From assembly GCA_963665815.1 (NCBI GenBank), contig OY762463.1:768001-832000 (forward strand): DNA of 64,000 nt. The letters run 5' to 3'. The position numbers and the translations under genes are program-made. Position 1 is the stretch's first letter. Every line of letters begins with the position of its first letter. The notes under the pieces were generated by a model. It was not told the origin of the DNA and searched no databases. It saw nothing but the letters and a program-made list of their open reading frames with translations. The DNA is from Candidatus Cloacimonadales bacterium. GTDB taxonomy: Bacteria > Cloacimonadota > Cloacimonadia > Cloacimonadales > JAIOQZ01. This document shows positions 10,820 through 20,649 of the stretch, in pieces.

Positions 10820-10845
10820 ACTCCACTAATAGTGGAGTTTTTTTT
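10820..10845 (+). terminator. Rho-independent terminator
   Basis: ACTCCACT-AAT-AGTGGAGT followed by a T run. Confidence 0.8.
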
Positions 10846-11098
10846 GTAAATCATCATATTTCACTGTAAACATTGTACACATAGACTGAACAACAGCAAT
10901 AAACATTTCGGGAAAGATTTATCTCAATATAATTAGTTAATGCACCATTTTTTATTAAGGCTATTTCTTTTTGACTAAGACTCATTTTTATATAGACAAA
11001 CCTGATTTTCTCTTTAAATTTTTGTTCGTAAACTTAAAATATGAGTTTACGATGTCACAATCTATGAACAAAATATAACATGAGAAGAAGGAGAATTT

Positions 11099-13333
11099 AT
11101 GAGAATAAGAGTTATCACGTTTTTTATTTTTGCATTTGTTTCATTGAAATCCATTACAAACTTATCTGAAATATCTATTCTGACCGGGCAGGATCCATAT
11201 AGTACAGAATACAGTAATTACGGATATTGTACTGACATTGAAGGTGATTATGCAGTTATAGGTGCTCCATACTCGGAAAATGGAACAGGTAATGCAATTG
11301 GCGCAGTTTTCGTCTATCATTGGGATGGTTCTCAGTGGACACAACAGAATAAGTTAACCCTTTCCAATCCGGGATATAGCCTGAATTTTGGTGAATCCGT
11401 AGCAATTTCAGGTGATTACATTGTTGTGGGATGTACAGGTCACAGATCCAACGGTGAATTAAGCGGAGCAGCTTATGTATACTACAGATCAGGAACATCC
11501 TGGAATTACCAGGCAATACTTCAGCCTTCATCAGTACAACCCTATGACTACTTTGGAGGACATGTCGACATAAGTGGTGATTATGTTATCGTCGGAGCTC
11601 AACAGCATGATCACAATGGCATGGAAGACTCGGGAGCAGCATACATATTTCACAGGAACGGTACATCCTGGAATGAACAGAGTAAGCTTACAGCCAGCGA
11701 TGCTGCCGAATACAGCTACATTGGTAAAGATGTTGCAATTAGTGGTGACTATTGTACTGTTACAACTGAACACCTTAACAAGGCCTATGTATACCAACGA
11801 GTAAATACAACATGGACACAGCTTCAGATTATCAGTGGAGCAGGCATGCTGGCAGCAGATACTTTTGGCAAATCAGTCACAATGCAGGGAGTATACACAC
11901 TTGTTGGTGGAACATTCTACAATGGTATGGAAGGTGTTGTTTATACTTTCCATAGAGGAGCAACAACTTATTCGGAAGAAGGTAAACTACACCCATCTAA
12001 CGGTTCTCTTGAAGGTTCATTTGGATTCTCGATTTCGTTATCAGGTGATAAAGCAGTAGTTGGTCAATATGCTAATAGTGAAGTTGCAGACTATGCAGGA
12101 AGTGCATATGTTTTCGAACGAACCGGAACAACTTGGAATGAAGTACAACAACTTTTTGGATCACAAATCGGTGAATATGATAATTTCGGATGGGGTGTTG
12201 CAATTTCGGGAGACAAGGCTCTTATTGGTGCTACACAGGATGAAGGAGATCAACCCTACTCCGGAGCCGTGTATGCATATACACTTACAACAACAATTGC
12301 TAATACTAGTGTTCCTGATAATGACCAATCACTCCAACAGCTTCCGGACGCAGATACAGAATTCCAGTTTACTGGAAACCATGCCGCAACAGATATTACT
12401 GTTTCAAGATTCGGACACACACCATCAGTATCCGGTTCTCTCCCGTCTGGAATACAGACTATTGCCTCTGATTCATACTGGCAGGTTTTCTCTTCCGAAG
12501 GTAATGTTGGTTCATATAACATAACTTTTGATCTCTCCGGGGTTTCCGGTATTGAGAATTTCAACACCCTGAAAATACTGAAAAGAGATAATTCTTCAAG
12601 TGAATGGCAGGATGTTACTCTTGCACCACATAATGCCACACTGATATACAACAACCCATACATTACTGTACAAGGATTGAGCAGCTTTTCGGATTTTGTT
12701 CCGGCGGGAAGCGGAGATAACTCTCTACCTGTTGAATTATCATCATTTACAGGTATATTTATTAATGATTTTGTGACAATCAGATGGGAAACAAGCTCAG
12801 AAACAGAGAATAACGGATTCAATATATTCCGCTCTGAAACTGCGGATTTTGCAGAATCAGAAAATGTTAATCCTTACATGATTGCAGCAAACAATTCATC
12901 AACCGGAAGCTCATACTCATTCGATGATACAGATGTTGAAATAAATAAAACCTATTACTACTGGCTTGAAAGTCTTTCATTAGACGGCAATTCAATTCTT
13001 CATAAAAATATCTCAGTCAATACAGATAAGAAAGATGAGGAAATCACACCTGATTTACCGGTTAGAACAGTTTTATTTGATGCTTATCCTAATCCATTCA
13101 ATCCTGAAACAACAATTGAATTCAACGTTAAAGAAAATGAGACTGCAACTTTGACAATTTTCAATTTAAAAGGACAAGTTGTAAAATCATTCCATGAGTT
13201 TAATCCTGGACACCATCAGATTCAGTGGGATGGCCTCGGTGATAACAATGAAGCTTCGTCATCAGGTATTTATTTCTATATTTTACAGTCATTAACAAGC
13301 AAACATTGCAAGAAAATGATTCTTATAAAATAA
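11099..13333 (+). CDS. Secreted FG-GAP repeat beta-propeller protein with CTD
   Basis: Seven FGxxVAISGDxxxVGA...GAAYxF-type repeats, LPVELSSF linker, YPNPFNP CTD. Confidence 0.88.
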   Translation: MRIRVITFFIFAFVSLKSITNLSEISILTGQDPYSTEYSNYGYCTDIEGDYAVIGAPYSENGTGNAIGAVFVYHWDGSQWTQQNKLTLSNPGYSLNFGESVAISGDYIVVGCTGHRSNGELSGAAYVYYRSGTSWNYQAILQPSSVQPYDYFGGHVDISGDYVIVGAQQHDHNGMEDSGAAYIFHRNGTSWNEQSKLTASDAAEYSYIGKDVAISGDYCTVTTEHLNKAYVYQRVNTTWTQLQIISGAGMLAADTFGKSVTMQGVYTLVGGTFYNGMEGVVYTFHRGATTYSEEGKLHPSNGSLEGSFGFSISLSGDKAVVGQYANSEVADYAGSAYVFERTGTTWNEVQQLFGSQIGEYDNFGWGVAISGDKALIGATQDEGDQPYSGAVYAYTLTTTIANTSVPDNDQSLQQLPDADTEFQFTGNHAATDITVSRFGHTPSVSGSLPSGIQTIASDSYWQVFSSEGNVGSYNITFDLSGVSGIENFNTLKILKRDNSSSEWQDVTLAPHNATLIYNNPYITVQGLSSFSDFVPAGSGDNSLPVELSSFTGIFINDFVTIRWETSSETENNGFNIFRSETADFAESENVNPYMIAANNSSTGSSYSFDDTDVEINKTYYYWLESLSLDGNSILHKNISVNTDKKDEEITPDLPVRTVLFDAYPNPFNPETTIEFNVKENETATLTIFNLKGQVVKSFHEFNPGHHQIQWDGLGDNNEASSSGIYFYILQSLTSKHCKKMILIK

Positions 13334-13341
13334 TTTATCTT

Positions 13342-13378
13342 AGAAGCTGTCTGATACATCTACTATCTGACAGCTTCT
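13342..13378 (+). terminator. Stem-loop after FG-GAP gene
   Basis: AGAAGCTGTC...GACAGCTTCT stem. Confidence 0.5.
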
Positions 13379-13574
13379 TCCCTACTTTATACCCATTGTT
13401 AACACACTGCTTTTCAACTGAAAGTTTTTTAATATTATATTTGACTACTTTTCAATCATTTACAATTTTTGTAATTATTACAATTTGCATTATTTCATAC
13501 ATCATTTATATTATAACTGTAAGTTGAATTGTAATGTTAATAAAGAAATAGAAGAGAAATATAAAGGAGATGAT

Positions 13575-15806
13575 TTGAGAGTAAAAATACTGCTCTTGAG
13601 TCTCATCTCTGTAGTGGCACTATCTATGAGTGCTGTTCCGAGAAATATTCTCGGAGAGTTATTCACTGAAACATGTTCCAGCTGCGGAGGGGACTATTCA
13701 TCAGCGCGGTCTGCGTTGATTCAACTCGCTGATCAAAACAGCAACATCGTACCGATTATCTGGCAGACGTCTGATCCTCAGTCGCCGGGTCTTTCGGACA
13801 GAATGAACATGTATAACGTGAGTCTTATTCCACATGCGTGGTTTAATGGTCTTATGAACTATCAGGGAGAAGACTACGTTGTTGATAATTATGGCAATAT
13901 AGTTAATCAGCTTAGTAATCTTCAATCACCAATTGCCATTGAAATGGATCTGGAAACACACAATGATACACTAAGAGCTGTAGCCCATATATCACTTGAA
14001 AATGATATTACAGGTGGAAACTCCATGTATTTTCTGCTGACTAATAGAGATAATTCCAACTATTCTTCACTAATCATTCAAAATTCAGGATCTCAACCAT
14101 TTAATCTTGTAACATCCGGACAAAACCAGTCATACACACATGACTTCAGGTTAGATCCTGATGTAAACATAGATGACTATAGAGCTGTTGTATTCATCCA
14201 GAATGATGCTACAAATGAAATTTTACAGACAAAACAAACAATTGTTACGGACCTGAGAGCTGACTTCAATGTTGCCAGTCAGGTTGGTCCTGCAAGTTTT
14301 CTTGCCAGCTTTGAAAATCTTTCTCAACCTGAAGGCAGAATTACTCAATGGATGTGGGATTTCCAGAACGATGGAACTATTGACAGCTATGAAGAAAATC
14401 CACGTTTTCTTTATGATACCCCTGAAGTTTATGATGTAGCACTATATGTCAGTGACGGAGAAGATACTATCAGTATTGTTAAGCAAAGGGCTGTATTTGT
14501 TACGGATGCATCCAATGTTGGAGGAAATGTTACCGGTATCTGGAGAGCGGAATACTCACCATACATTATTACACTTGATACTGTTGTGCCAGATTACGGA
14601 GAGCTGACAATTGAACCGGGAGTGGAAGTCCGATTTAATACCGGAAAAAAGATGACCATCTTTGGCAAAATTGCTATTGATGCTGATCCTGACACCAAAG
14701 TTCTAATGTTCTCTGAAACAAACTGGAAAGGATTGAAGCTCGTCAACTCACAGCATAACAATCTTATAAGAAATGTTGAAATACGTAATGCCACTTTGAG
14801 CGGAATCTATCTGACAACATCCAATGCAGAGATTGATGGAGTCTGGGTTCATAACAATAATACCGGGCTTCTTGCCGGAGGTATTGAAATATTTAATTCT
14901 GATTCTGTAACAGTTAAAAACAGTGTTATCAGTAACAACATATCTGATGATAATGCAGGTGGCATTGGTATAAGAAGTTCAAATGTCACATTGAAGAATA
15001 CTGTAATTGTAAATAATTCGGGACTTACTGCCGGAAGCATATCTGTCAGTGGTGACTCCCTGTTTATAGCAGTTAATAACACAATGTCACACAATATAGG
15101 AATTGATAATGCATCTGTTCTAATTGATGCGGATAATGCTGTATTCAAGAATAATATCGTATATTCTGCATCTGATATCCAGGTTAACGGATCCAATGTT
15201 GATGTTTCTTACTCAAATATAAGCGGATATTCTGGTGGAACGGGTAATATTGACTCTGATCCGTTATTTGTAAATCCAACTTCAGGTTATGGACCTAACT
15301 TCCCGGCTCAGAATTCTGACTGGCGATTAAGTGCTTCTTCCCCATCTGTTGATGCAGGAGATCCCTCATCAGACTATAATGATGTGAACGATCCGGAAAA
15401 TCCGGGTTATGCTCTGTTCCCTGCAATGGGAACCATAAGAAACGACATGGGAGCCTTTGGAGGAAGAGGCAATTATGTTGATATAACAGAAATAGAAGAT
15501 GAAAATAAGATAAATACCCCATCCCGCTCCTTAATATCAAATTACCCCAATCCATTCAATCCTAAAACAACGATACAGGTGTCACTCAGTAAAAACGATG
15601 CAAATGAACAGGTGAATATATCAATATACAATCTGAAAGGACAGAGAGTGACGACTTTGTACAATGATATACCGAAGCAGGAAAAATATAATATTGTCTG
15701 GAATGGGACAAGTTCGAGTGGTCTAAATGTCGCAAGTGGAATTTACTTCGTTAAATTAACTACACAGACAGAACATTCAATGAAAAAAATCGTTCTATTA
15801 AAGTAA
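13575..15806 (+). CDS. Secreted Omp28-like/thioredoxin + PKD + beta-helix protein with CTD
   Basis: Likely TTG start at 13575 after AAAGGAG; ELFTETCSSC (CxxC), PHAWFNG, AVVFIQ (Omp28-like); WMWDFQNDG...ENP PKD; SPSVDAG...NDMGAFGG; CTD. Confidence 0.8.
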   Translation: MRVKILLLSLISVVALSMSAVPRNILGELFTETCSSCGGDYSSARSALIQLADQNSNIVPIIWQTSDPQSPGLSDRMNMYNVSLIPHAWFNGLMNYQGEDYVVDNYGNIVNQLSNLQSPIAIEMDLETHNDTLRAVAHISLENDITGGNSMYFLLTNRDNSNYSSLIIQNSGSQPFNLVTSGQNQSYTHDFRLDPDVNIDDYRAVVFIQNDATNEILQTKQTIVTDLRADFNVASQVGPASFLASFENLSQPEGRITQWMWDFQNDGTIDSYEENPRFLYDTPEVYDVALYVSDGEDTISIVKQRAVFVTDASNVGGNVTGIWRAEYSPYIITLDTVVPDYGELTIEPGVEVRFNTGKKMTIFGKIAIDADPDTKVLMFSETNWKGLKLVNSQHNNLIRNVEIRNATLSGIYLTTSNAEIDGVWVHNNNTGLLAGGIEIFNSDSVTVKNSVISNNISDDNAGGIGIRSSNVTLKNTVIVNNSGLTAGSISVSGDSLFIAVNNTMSHNIGIDNASVLIDADNAVFKNNIVYSASDIQVNGSNVDVSYSNISGYSGGTGNIDSDPLFVNPTSGYGPNFPAQNSDWRLSASSPSVDAGDPSSDYNDVNDPENPGYALFPAMGTIRNDMGAFGGRGNYVDITEIEDENKINTPSRSLISNYPNPFNPKTTIQVSLSKNDANEQVNISIYNLKGQRVTTLYNDIPKQEKYNIVWNGTSSSGLNVASGIYFVKLTTQTEHSMKKIVLLK

Positions 15807-16070
15807 TGTCATAATTTAGATGGAAAGCGGATTAGCCCGGTTTTCATCAACTTTACTAACTATTAAAGTAATGTCATAATTTAGATGGAAAGCGGATTAG
15901 CCCGGTTTTCATCAACTTTACTAACTATTAAAGTAATGTCATAATTTAGATGGAAAACGGATTAGTCCGGTTTTCATCAACTTTACTAACTATTAAAGTA
16001 ATGTCATAATTTAGATGGAAAACGGATTAGTCCGGTTTTCATAACTTTTACATTCTATTAAATTAATGTC
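15795..16070. repeat. Tandem repeat, 4 x 65 bp plus a partial degenerate 5th copy
   Basis: Unit CTATTAAAGTAATGTCATAATTTAGATGGAAA(G/A)CGGATTAG(C/T)CCGGTTTTCATCAACTTTACTAA starts at 15795, 15860, 15925, 15990 and (partially) 16055. Confidence 0.95.
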
Positions 16071-16082
16071 GTAACCATAGTG

Positions 16083-16114
16083 AGACCTGCTGAATATTTG
16101 GCAGGTCTTTTTTT
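16083..16114 (+). terminator. Rho-independent terminator
   Basis: AGACCTGC...GCAGGTCT plus T run. Confidence 0.8.
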
Positions 16115-16625
16115 GCTTTAGTTATCTACTTAGTTCAGATGAAAAACGATTAATTTTTCTTTTTGAAAATTACAATACAGACAAGGTCTGCTGAGTAATC
16201 GGCAGACCTTATATCGCGGGAGTGCGATGACTTGTGTCGAAGTTATACTGACAGATATTCAGTTGACTCAGTATCTTCTTAAGATGTTTATACAAAACAT
16301 CATATCCTGGATAAAAGATCGAGTATTCGCCATCAGTCAATATGAACTGCATTTCATTGATAATACTGTTTTTGCAGGGATTAGATTAATTAAAAAAATA
16401 CTATGGAATTATACTATATATGACACAACTTGGCATATATGGCAATAGCATTCATCAGGGAACTGTTTATATTAGGGGAATTATTGATAGATTATATTTT
16501 TTTTCTTAAATTACTCTGCTTAAAATTACATTCCATTTTCGACATAGACAATTTAAGGAGCACATTTCTCTTGACTGCAATAGTAAATGATGACTTTCTG
16601 AGTTAATAATGCTGATTAATGGGAA

Positions 16626-17075
16626 ATGTTAATGAAACACAGTAAAACAGTCCTGATTAAATTATATGGTGTATCAGTAGTTACAACATTGGTTATATTT
16701 GCCATGGCTATCGGTTTATTAAAAACAAGCATCTCAGAAACAAGAGACTACAAAGCTATGCAGAAAATCGATATGAATACTGACCTTATCGATGCTATTG
16801 TTCCACTTAGAATACCAATGAATGACGTAAAAAAAATAGCTGAGGAAGAGGGTTGGGACCTTTATAAGAGCTTTGAGGAAAACGAGATTTATCCGAGCAG
16901 ACTTATTGCAATGTCCACAATAGAGCAATTCCCAATGAGTCGAGCGATCTTGGGATATATACTCTCCTTTCTGATGCTTGTTATTGTTACAATATACTTC
17001 ATATATCAGACTTCGATTACAATAAAAGGTTTAAAGGGATGCAAAAACAGAAGTGCAGAAGAAAAAAATGAGTAA
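16626..17075 (+). CDS. Hypothetical membrane protein (2 TM)
   Basis: 149-aa ORF with N- and C-terminal hydrophobic helices. Confidence 0.6.
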   Translation: MLMKHSKTVLIKLYGVSVVTTLVIFAMAIGLLKTSISETRDYKAMQKIDMNTDLIDAIVPLRIPMNDVKKIAEEEGWDLYKSFEENEIYPSRLIAMSTIEQFPMSRAILGYILSFLMLVIVTIYFIYQTSITIKGLKGCKNRSAEEKNE

Positions 17076-17164
17076 AAAACGCCGCACGCCTTTACTTACA
17101 ACTGTTTACACGATATGAGGACAATGGCAGGAATAAAGAATTTACAACATTTTAGCCACTTTTT

Positions 17165-17303
17165 GCAATATATTTAGAGAATTTTTAAAGACTTTTTAAG
17201 AAAACCACTCCCATTTTGGGCAAAAATTACAGAGAATAAAACACCTTTCTATTTTCGCAATAATTAAAGAGAATTTCTAAAACGTGCAAAAATTAGAGAG
17301 AAT
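17165..17303. repeat. Four direct copies of an 18-bp motif, GCAA(A/T)AATTnnAGAGAAT-like
   Basis: Copies at 17165, 17220, 17257 and 17286; further copies at 19319 and 19809. Confidence 0.7.
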
Positions 17304-17307
17304 TAGC

Positions 17308-19239
17308 CTACTTTTGTTTTTTTATCACATTATATAGCCTATTAATATCTGCATTATTTGCATCTACATTTGCTCTGTAGTTCTCAAGCAAATCCAGAGC
17401 TTCTTCTTCTCTATTAGTTATTACATACAGAACAGCCAGATTGTTATGTGCTTCATCCCTGTCCGGTTTAATCTCTATTGCTCTCTGATAATGCTTTTCT
17501 GCTTTATCATACTCTTTCATGCTTTGGTATAGATTAGCCAGATTGTAATGTGATGAATCCTTGTCCAGTTTAATCTCTATTGCTCTTTGATAATGCTTTT
17601 CTGCTTTATCATACTCTTTCAGATCAGCATACAGAACAGCCAGATTGTAATGTGCTTCATACATGTCCGGTTTAATCTCTATTGCTCTAAGATAATGCTT
17701 TTCTGCTTTATCATACTCTTTCTTGTCTTGGTATAGAAGACCCAGATTGTAATGTGCTTCAAGCATGTCCGGTTTAATCTCTATTGCTCTCAGATAATGC
17801 TTTTCTGCTTTATCATACTCTTTCAGATCAATGTATAGATTTGCCAGATTGTAATGTGCTTCATCCTTGTCCGGTTTAATCTCTATTGCTCTCAGAAAAT
17901 GCTTTTCTGCTTTGTAATACTCTTTCAGATCAGCATACAGATTAGCCAGATTGTTATGTGCTTCATCCTTGTCCGGTTTAATCTCTATTGCTCTAAGATA
18001 ATGCTTTTCTGCTTTATCATACTCTTTCAGATCACCATACAGAACAGCCAGATTGTTATGAGCTTCATACATGTCCGGTTTAATCTCTATTGCTCTCAGG
18101 TAGTGCTTTTCTGCTTTGTAATACTCTTTCAGATCAGCATAAAGAACAGCCAGATTGTAATGTGCTTCATACATGTCCGGTTTAATCTCTATTGCTCTCA
18201 GAAAATGCTTTTCTGCTTTGTAATACTCTTTCAGATCAGCATACAGATTAGCCAGATTGTAATGTGCTTCATCCTTGTCCGGTTTAATCTCTATTGCTCT
18301 CAGATAATGCTTTTCTGCTTTATCATACTCTTTCTTGTCTTGGTATAGAAGACCCAGATTGTTATGTGCTAAACCATTGTCCGGATTAATCTCTATTGCT
18401 CTCAGATAATGCTTTTCTGCTTTATCATACTCTTTCAGATCACCATACAGAACAGCCAGATTGTTATGTGCATCATCCTTGTCCGGATTAATCTCTATTG
18501 CTTTAGTGTAGTAGAGTTCAGCTTTGCCTGTATTGCCTTTGTTCTGTGCTTCACATGCTCTGGCAAACCATACATCAGAGTTATCTGGATTATCTAATAC
18601 TAATTTCTCCAGCTCTAAATCAAGTTTCTCATAATCATCTTTATATTTTTGTATTATCTCAATAATTTTGTACATAATGTCATCTTCAGATATTCCTATA
18701 TGATCCAGAAGTGTTCTGAAGTTTTCATTCTTTAATTTCTTATAAGTAAGATATTTCCTGCTGCACAGCTCCTCTAAGAAAGTATTGATCTCGTTCTGGA
18801 TCAACTGATAGTGTTTCAGTTTTACTGAGAATTCAGCATTTGCCGACATTGGTATATCACGCATTTTTTCTTCATGAGCTCTACATTGCTCAGCCCAATA
18901 TTTAACAAGTTTAAACCTATAATCATCCGTGAGAAAATCTGAGTCCTTTTCCTTAATTATTATAGGGAGAATCTTATCCCAGGAATCTTGCTCTTTTCTC
19001 ACTTCAAGGATCTCATACAGGCAATAGTATGAATGCAGATACTCATTACTTATCAGTAGTAATGCATGATCCTTCTCCCTAATTGAATCCATGAATTTCT
19101 TGAAGCTTTGCTTATACTTCACATCCCTTATGTCTCTATTGACTGTTATAGGTAAAGATTTAAATATATTGTCAATTTCATCTGCAATTTCTTCGTTCTT
19201 TGAGCAGTAAGATAGAAACATTGTCTTTTGTTCTGACAT
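17308..19239 (-). CDS. TIR-domain protein with an array of near-identical TPRs
   Basis: N-terminal MFLSY...LLISNEYLHSYYCLYEILE TIR (catalytic Glu position occupied); ten 34-aa TPRs encoded by 102-bp near-identical repeats. Confidence 0.9.
   Translation of the reverse strand: MSEQKTMFLSYCSKNEEIADEIDNIFKSLPITVNRDIRDVKYKQSFKKFMDSIREKDHALLLISNEYLHSYYCLYEILEVRKEQDSWDKILPIIIKEKDSDFLTDDYRFKLVKYWAEQCRAHEEKMRDIPMSANAEFSVKLKHYQLIQNEINTFLEELCSRKYLTYKKLKNENFRTLLDHIGISEDDIMYKIIEIIQKYKDDYEKLDLELEKLVLDNPDNSDVWFARACEAQNKGNTGKAELYYTKAIEINPDKDDAHNNLAVLYGDLKEYDKAEKHYLRAIEINPDNGLAHNNLGLLYQDKKEYDKAEKHYLRAIEIKPDKDEAHYNLANLYADLKEYYKAEKHFLRAIEIKPDMYEAHYNLAVLYADLKEYYKAEKHYLRAIEIKPDMYEAHNNLAVLYGDLKEYDKAEKHYLRAIEIKPDKDEAHNNLANLYADLKEYYKAEKHFLRAIEIKPDKDEAHYNLANLYIDLKEYDKAEKHYLRAIEIKPDMLEAHYNLGLLYQDKKEYDKAEKHYLRAIEIKPDMYEAHYNLAVLYADLKEYDKAEKHYQRAIEIKLDKDSSHYNLANLYQSMKEYDKAEKHYQRAIEIKPDRDEAHNNLAVLYVITNREEEALDLLENYRANVDANNADINRLYNVIKKQK
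17440..18500 (-). repeat. Intragenic 102-bp tandem repeats (TPR units)
   Basis: Recurrent TTTAATCTCTATTGCTCT..GATAATGCTTTTCTGCTTT at 102-bp period; boundaries approximate. Confidence 0.9.
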
Positions 19240-19292
19240 GGTGGACTCCCTGATATTCTGTGCTTATGCCATTAATAAGTAATGAAACACAA

Positions 19293-19825
19293 ACTTGTCA
19301 ACACATTTCCAAAAGTTCGCAAAAATTACAGAGAAATACAGTCAAAATGTCCTCATTATACAATAAAGTCAATTATGTAAACTATTTACAGCACGCCACG
19401 AAACAGCCTATAACAACAAAAACAGGCGTTTTACCGCCTGTTAGAGTTCTTTTCTACTCCGGTATGTTAACTTATATTAACATTTATTAACTAAATAGAC
19501 TGGAATTAACTATTCTAAATCTTTTAACTCGTATTTGCTGCTTAAGAAGACAACACCATGCATATAAATATCTAAATCATCTTCAGATAGTTGATGATGA
19601 TGATTCTTTAATGTGGTTTTTAATGATTTCCAGTGTTTCAGTCTTTCTGCGTTTGAAAGACTATCTAAATACTTCTCAAAACAAATTTTATAAGGCTTCT
19701 TGTCTCTTCTTCTATCTTCCACTCTCACTCCCTTCCCTCATAAAAGACATACCCTATTACAAAAGCTTGTCCATTTCTCTACACTTGTCAACATATTTCC
19801 AAAAGTTCGCAATAATTCCAGAGAA
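19293..19825. repeat. Pair of ~43-bp direct repeats (19293-19335, 19783-19825)
   Basis: ACTTGTCAACA(C/T)ATTTCCAAAAGTTCGCAA(A/T)AATT(A/C)CAGAGAA, offset 490 bp; each contains TTGACA on the minus strand. Confidence 0.8.
19510..19728 (-). CDS. Small hypothetical protein
   Basis: GTG start preceded by purine-rich AGGGAAGGGA, with a minus-strand TTGACA upstream. Confidence 0.4.
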   Translation of the reverse strand: MRVEDRRRDKKPYKICFEKYLDSLSNAERLKHWKSLKTTLKNHHHQLSEDDLDIYMHGVVFLSSKYELKDLE

Positions 19826-19913
19826 TTTTTATATTGACGACAGTTCACAAATTATGTTGACAGCTTTCAATCTACCATTTATAAACCGGATCACCACAAC
19901 ACGGAGGAAAAAT

Positions 19914-20522
19914 ATGAAAAAGAGTGTATTAATAATTTGTATTATGTCCATAGTATCACTTGTTTGTGCTTATAACATCGAACTAAAAAGCGGAGAAACT
20001 ATCAAGGATGTAGACATCCTGGGTAAAGAGTCTGACAAGCTATATATTATTCATAATAAAAGGATTGTAATGATTAATTATAATGATGTATCTGCAATTT
20101 GGAGTTATGGTGTTAATAAAAAGAAAAACTGGGATGAGAGAGATTTAGAGGTCAGTGCAGAGCTGAAATCTAAGGCTAAAAATATCGATTTCTCTGAATC
20201 CGGTATAGACGATGAGCTGAGTAATATTGGTAAATACCATATAAAGGTTAACTATTTGAATGCTGCCTTTACAATAGGCTTTGCTGTCTTGGCTTATGAC
20301 AAGTTTTCGGAAGCCGGAGACTATAATGATTTAGCTGACATATATGGTGATCTCGGAAATGATAAGCTAAAAGATAAGATGGAAGATCAGGCAAGTAAGG
20401 CTACTACAAGAGGAGTTGTTTTTGCAGGTGTTGCCGTTGTTGGAGCTTTTAATACTTTTGAAAAAGTCCGAGTACAGGTCGAACCGGATAAGGTTGCTGT
20501 TACTTACAGCATTAAATTTTAA
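19914..20522 (+). CDS. Secreted / outer-membrane-associated hypothetical protein
   Basis: True start at MKKSVLII (GGAGG RBS), signal peptide, C-terminal ...VTYSIKF. Confidence 0.7.
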   Translation: MKKSVLIICIMSIVSLVCAYNIELKSGETIKDVDILGKESDKLYIIHNKRIVMINYNDVSAIWSYGVNKKKNWDERDLEVSAELKSKAKNIDFSESGIDDELSNIGKYHIKVNYLNAAFTIGFAVLAYDKFSEAGDYNDLADIYGDLGNDKLKDKMEDQASKATTRGVVFAGVAVVGAFNTFEKVRVQVEPDKVAVTYSIKF

Positions 20523-20528
20523 CTCACC

Positions 20529-20554
20529 AAGCCCACTTCACCAGGTGGGCTTTT
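20529..20554 (+). terminator. Rho-independent terminator
   Basis: AAGCCCAC...GTGGGCTTTT. Confidence 0.7.
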
Positions 20555-20649
20555 CTTATCCCATCTCTCCCCCCAATCACAGCATCCCTGCTCAATAAAC
20601 TTGACAATTGTATCATTATAGTTACATATTGTACCGTTAAGGAGAATAT

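Noticed and set aside
15795-16070. CRISPR array
   Set aside because: Units are contiguous with no unique spacers, and there are no cas genes in the window
16227-16448. 73-aa ORF
   Set aside because: No recognisable features; could be a gene remnant but cannot be supported
17854-18597. Repetitive plus-strand ORFs
   Set aside because: Antisense shadows of the TPR repeats
19611-19913. N-terminal extension of ORF 19611-20522
   Set aside because: RBS and signal peptide place the start at 19914; the extension overlaps an opposite-strand ORF and the repeat
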